Below are positions 61,961 to 64,000 of a stretch of DNA of 64,000 bases, piece after piece. Position 1 is the stretch's first letter. Each line of letters starts with the position of its first letter. This DNA comes from Rozella allomycis CSF55 (Eukaryota): positions 1-64,000 of the forward strand of contig KE561067.1 in assembly GCA_000442015.1 (NCBI GenBank), written 5' to 3'. The notes beneath the pieces are model-generated. The model made no database searches, was not told the DNA's origin, and saw only the letters and a program-made list of their open reading frames with translations. Made by a program: the position numbers and the translations under genes.

Positions 61961-62361
61961 TCACTGTATCTGGATGGGTTATTTCTCTCCATCAAAGAAG
62001 AGATGTAATATATAATAAACCCTTTTAAATGTCAATCAATAGTTAAAAGTTGTAATAACCGCGGTTTCGTTTATTTTCGTAAAAAATGATATATTGCGTC
62101 CAACGTGTCATGAAATATGCTCTGAACTCTATATAATTTTGGATCCAGCCTGGGTTTAGGGAGTTCATTGAGTGATGAATCTTCCAGTTCGAGATTGTCA
62201 TGTATGATGTTCTTGGGACCACTTTGATAAATGTAGCAGCCAAATAAAATGTAGCCTGCTTCAATTGATCTAAACATTCTGCCAATTGAATACATTTTTA
62301 TCATCTTTGTCTATAAATAGCATCGTACGTTATATCCATGCAGGAGAAGTCCCTGTTTCAT

Positions 62362-63435
62362 ATGTATCGTTGTATATTTCTTTTTTGTGTATTTGTATTT
62401 AAATATTGCTCAGCTACTATGAGCTCTGCCGACGCTAATAAACTCTTGGCTTTGACAAATCAACATCGCGCGTCAATAGGCTTAAATGCGCTGCAGCTGG
62501 ATAGCAAATTAACCGCTGCTGCAGAAGGACATTCAGTTACTCAAGCTCAAACAAAAACTATGAGCCACAATGGGTTTGACAATCGAGTCGCAACGTGTGG
62601 GTTTCCAGGAAAAGTATGGGCTGAAAACGTGGGTATGACAGAAAATAAGCCGATAAATGTCGCTGAAATGCATCAAGGCTGGCTGAATTCACCGAAGCAT
62701 CGCGAAAATATTGAAAAGGTGGGCCTCACTCATGTGGGATTTGGTTTGGCTGCCAACGGAAATTTATTGTATTATACACAATTTTTTGGTGGAACTTCAT
62801 CAGGGTCGAACTACAGTGGAGCAAAACCACAAAGTCAGCAACCATCAAGTTATCAAGGATCTCCTTCAAATGGTCATCGTGCCCTGTCTGATAATTTCGC
62901 AGGCAATAATGGCGGGTCTGCGGCTAATAATTCGCCCGCATTTAATAGTGAACCTACTGGCAATAACATGCCGACTAATAGTGGCGATAACATACCAATG
63001 AAGGGTATCAGACCTAAGCAATCAAAGTCGCGTGGAAGTGGCATTCCTCAAGTCCAAAATCAAAATGTACCGAATAGTTCGGAGGAAAATGTTCCATCTT
63101 TTCAAGGAAATTCAAGTGGAAATCAAGCTATGCCTTCTATGCCTTCTATGGATGCCTTTTTCGGAAACATATTTGGTGGACTTATGAACGGACAACAGCC
63201 AAATTCTCAAACTCAGTATTCCAGTGATCCAAACGCTCACCAAACCCAATATTCAAGCGATCCAAACACCAAACAAACCCAATCAAAAGGAAATGGTTCA
63301 CCGACATCCGGTTCTCAACCATTTAATTTACCAGGACCAAACAACTTACAATCTAATTGCGCCAAGGGTGCACCTTCCAATGGANTAAACTTTAACTCTT
63401 TTAGAGAAAATATTTTATTTCAGTTTTTTGACTAG
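62362..63435 (+). CDS. Secreted CAP protein with long N/S/Q/P-rich tail (3' end broken by N at 63385)
   Basis: CAP domain; tail shares QQPSSYQGSPSNGHR and SSDPNAHQTQYS with the 57086 paralog. Confidence 0.88.
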   Translation: MYRCIFLFCVFVFKYCSATMSSADANKLLALTNQHRASIGLNALQLDSKLTAAAEGHSVTQAQTKTMSHNGFDNRVATCGFPGKVWAENVGMTENKPINVAEMHQGWLNSPKHRENIEKVGLTHVGFGLAANGNLLYYTQFFGGTSSGSNYSGAKPQSQQPSSYQGSPSNGHRALSDNFAGNNGGSAANNSPAFNSEPTGNNMPTNSGDNIPMKGIRPKQSKSRGSGIPQVQNQNVPNSSEENVPSFQGNSSGNQAMPSMPSMDAFFGNIFGGLMNGQQPNSQTQYSSDPNAHQTQYSSDPNTKQTQSKGNGSPTSGSQPFNLPGPNNLQSNCAKGAPSNGXNFNSFRENILFQFFD

Positions 63436-63599
63436 CTCGACTAATACCACCTTATTATCCGGGGACTTTAAATCAAGTGATATTTGAATTTACAACTAGG
63501 GAGAGCTCAATAATAATATATATAAACTCGACCACCAAGCACGCTTTACAATCATTGTTGGAATATACTATTATTTTTTCAAAAGCTTCACGATAATTT

Positions 63600-64000
63600 T
63601 CAAATGCTTCTGCGGACACCTGTTCTTATAAATATCTTAAAAGTTACAATCAAAGGGTACCTGAGCAATAAATTAACCGAAGCAAGTCTCGCTAGTCTAC
63701 CCAAAGAGAGATCAGTGATAGCCAAAGCCGTCATAAATTCGAAAATCAAGCTAGCCTCTTCGAATGTAATTCTTTCAATTTTACTCAAATGAAACAGAAA
63801 TTCCAAATCGATATTGTCGTATCCATTTAAAATCAGCTGCCGTGAAAAGTTTAGAATACAACTTTACTGTATAAAAGGATCTAACAAAACTGAAATGGAA
63901 AGATTGGAATGCGTAACAAGTGTAAGAATCATTCTGATTAACACATTACGCAAGATATCGCTCTTATGATATTCCACTAATGAAAATATTAAATGCTTGT
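63600..64000 (-). CDS. 3' part of an unidentified intron-containing gene running off the window
   Basis: Open frames separated by GTA..AG segments of about 27 nt; product unrecognised. Confidence 0.35.

Noticed and set aside
62043-62304. Short minus-strand ORFs between CAP paralogs
   Set aside because: No recognisable domain or splice-supported extension; could be a gene remnant but is unsupported

Overview
AT-rich, extremely gene-dense eukaryotic DNA with about 45 protein genes and intergenic gaps often under 50 nt. The mix of fungal-type genes (trifunctional FOL1, Rim4-like, TGL-type lipase, TAM41) and flagellar genes (CFAP43, MYCBPAP) points to a zoosporic early-diverging fungus or relative. 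Rozella/Cryptomycota is my best inference, not a search result. I reconstructed gene models by hand. Nearly all introns are 26-32 nt GT(A)...AG with no clear branch point or pyrimidine tract, and AGs at intron position 25 or earlier are repeatedly skipped, which suggests length-measured ('ruler') splicing. Main discovery: the longer introns in CFAP43 and TOP3 are head-to-tail stacks of 2, 3, 3-4 and 12 complete mini-introns of 26-31 nt, joined by AG|GT with zero-length exons. They look like compound introns removed by recursive splicing and grown by tandem duplication. Also seen: three candidate GT-TG introns of ruler length, a C/D-box snoRNA in the only conventional long intron (RPS18), a SAP-SAP-VMP1 fusion, a secreted AIG1-like GTPase with a domain-deleted paralog, and three secreted bacterial-type CAP proteins. 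Single-N joins with flanking duplications are probably assembly artefacts. All family assignments come from recalled motifs, not database searches.
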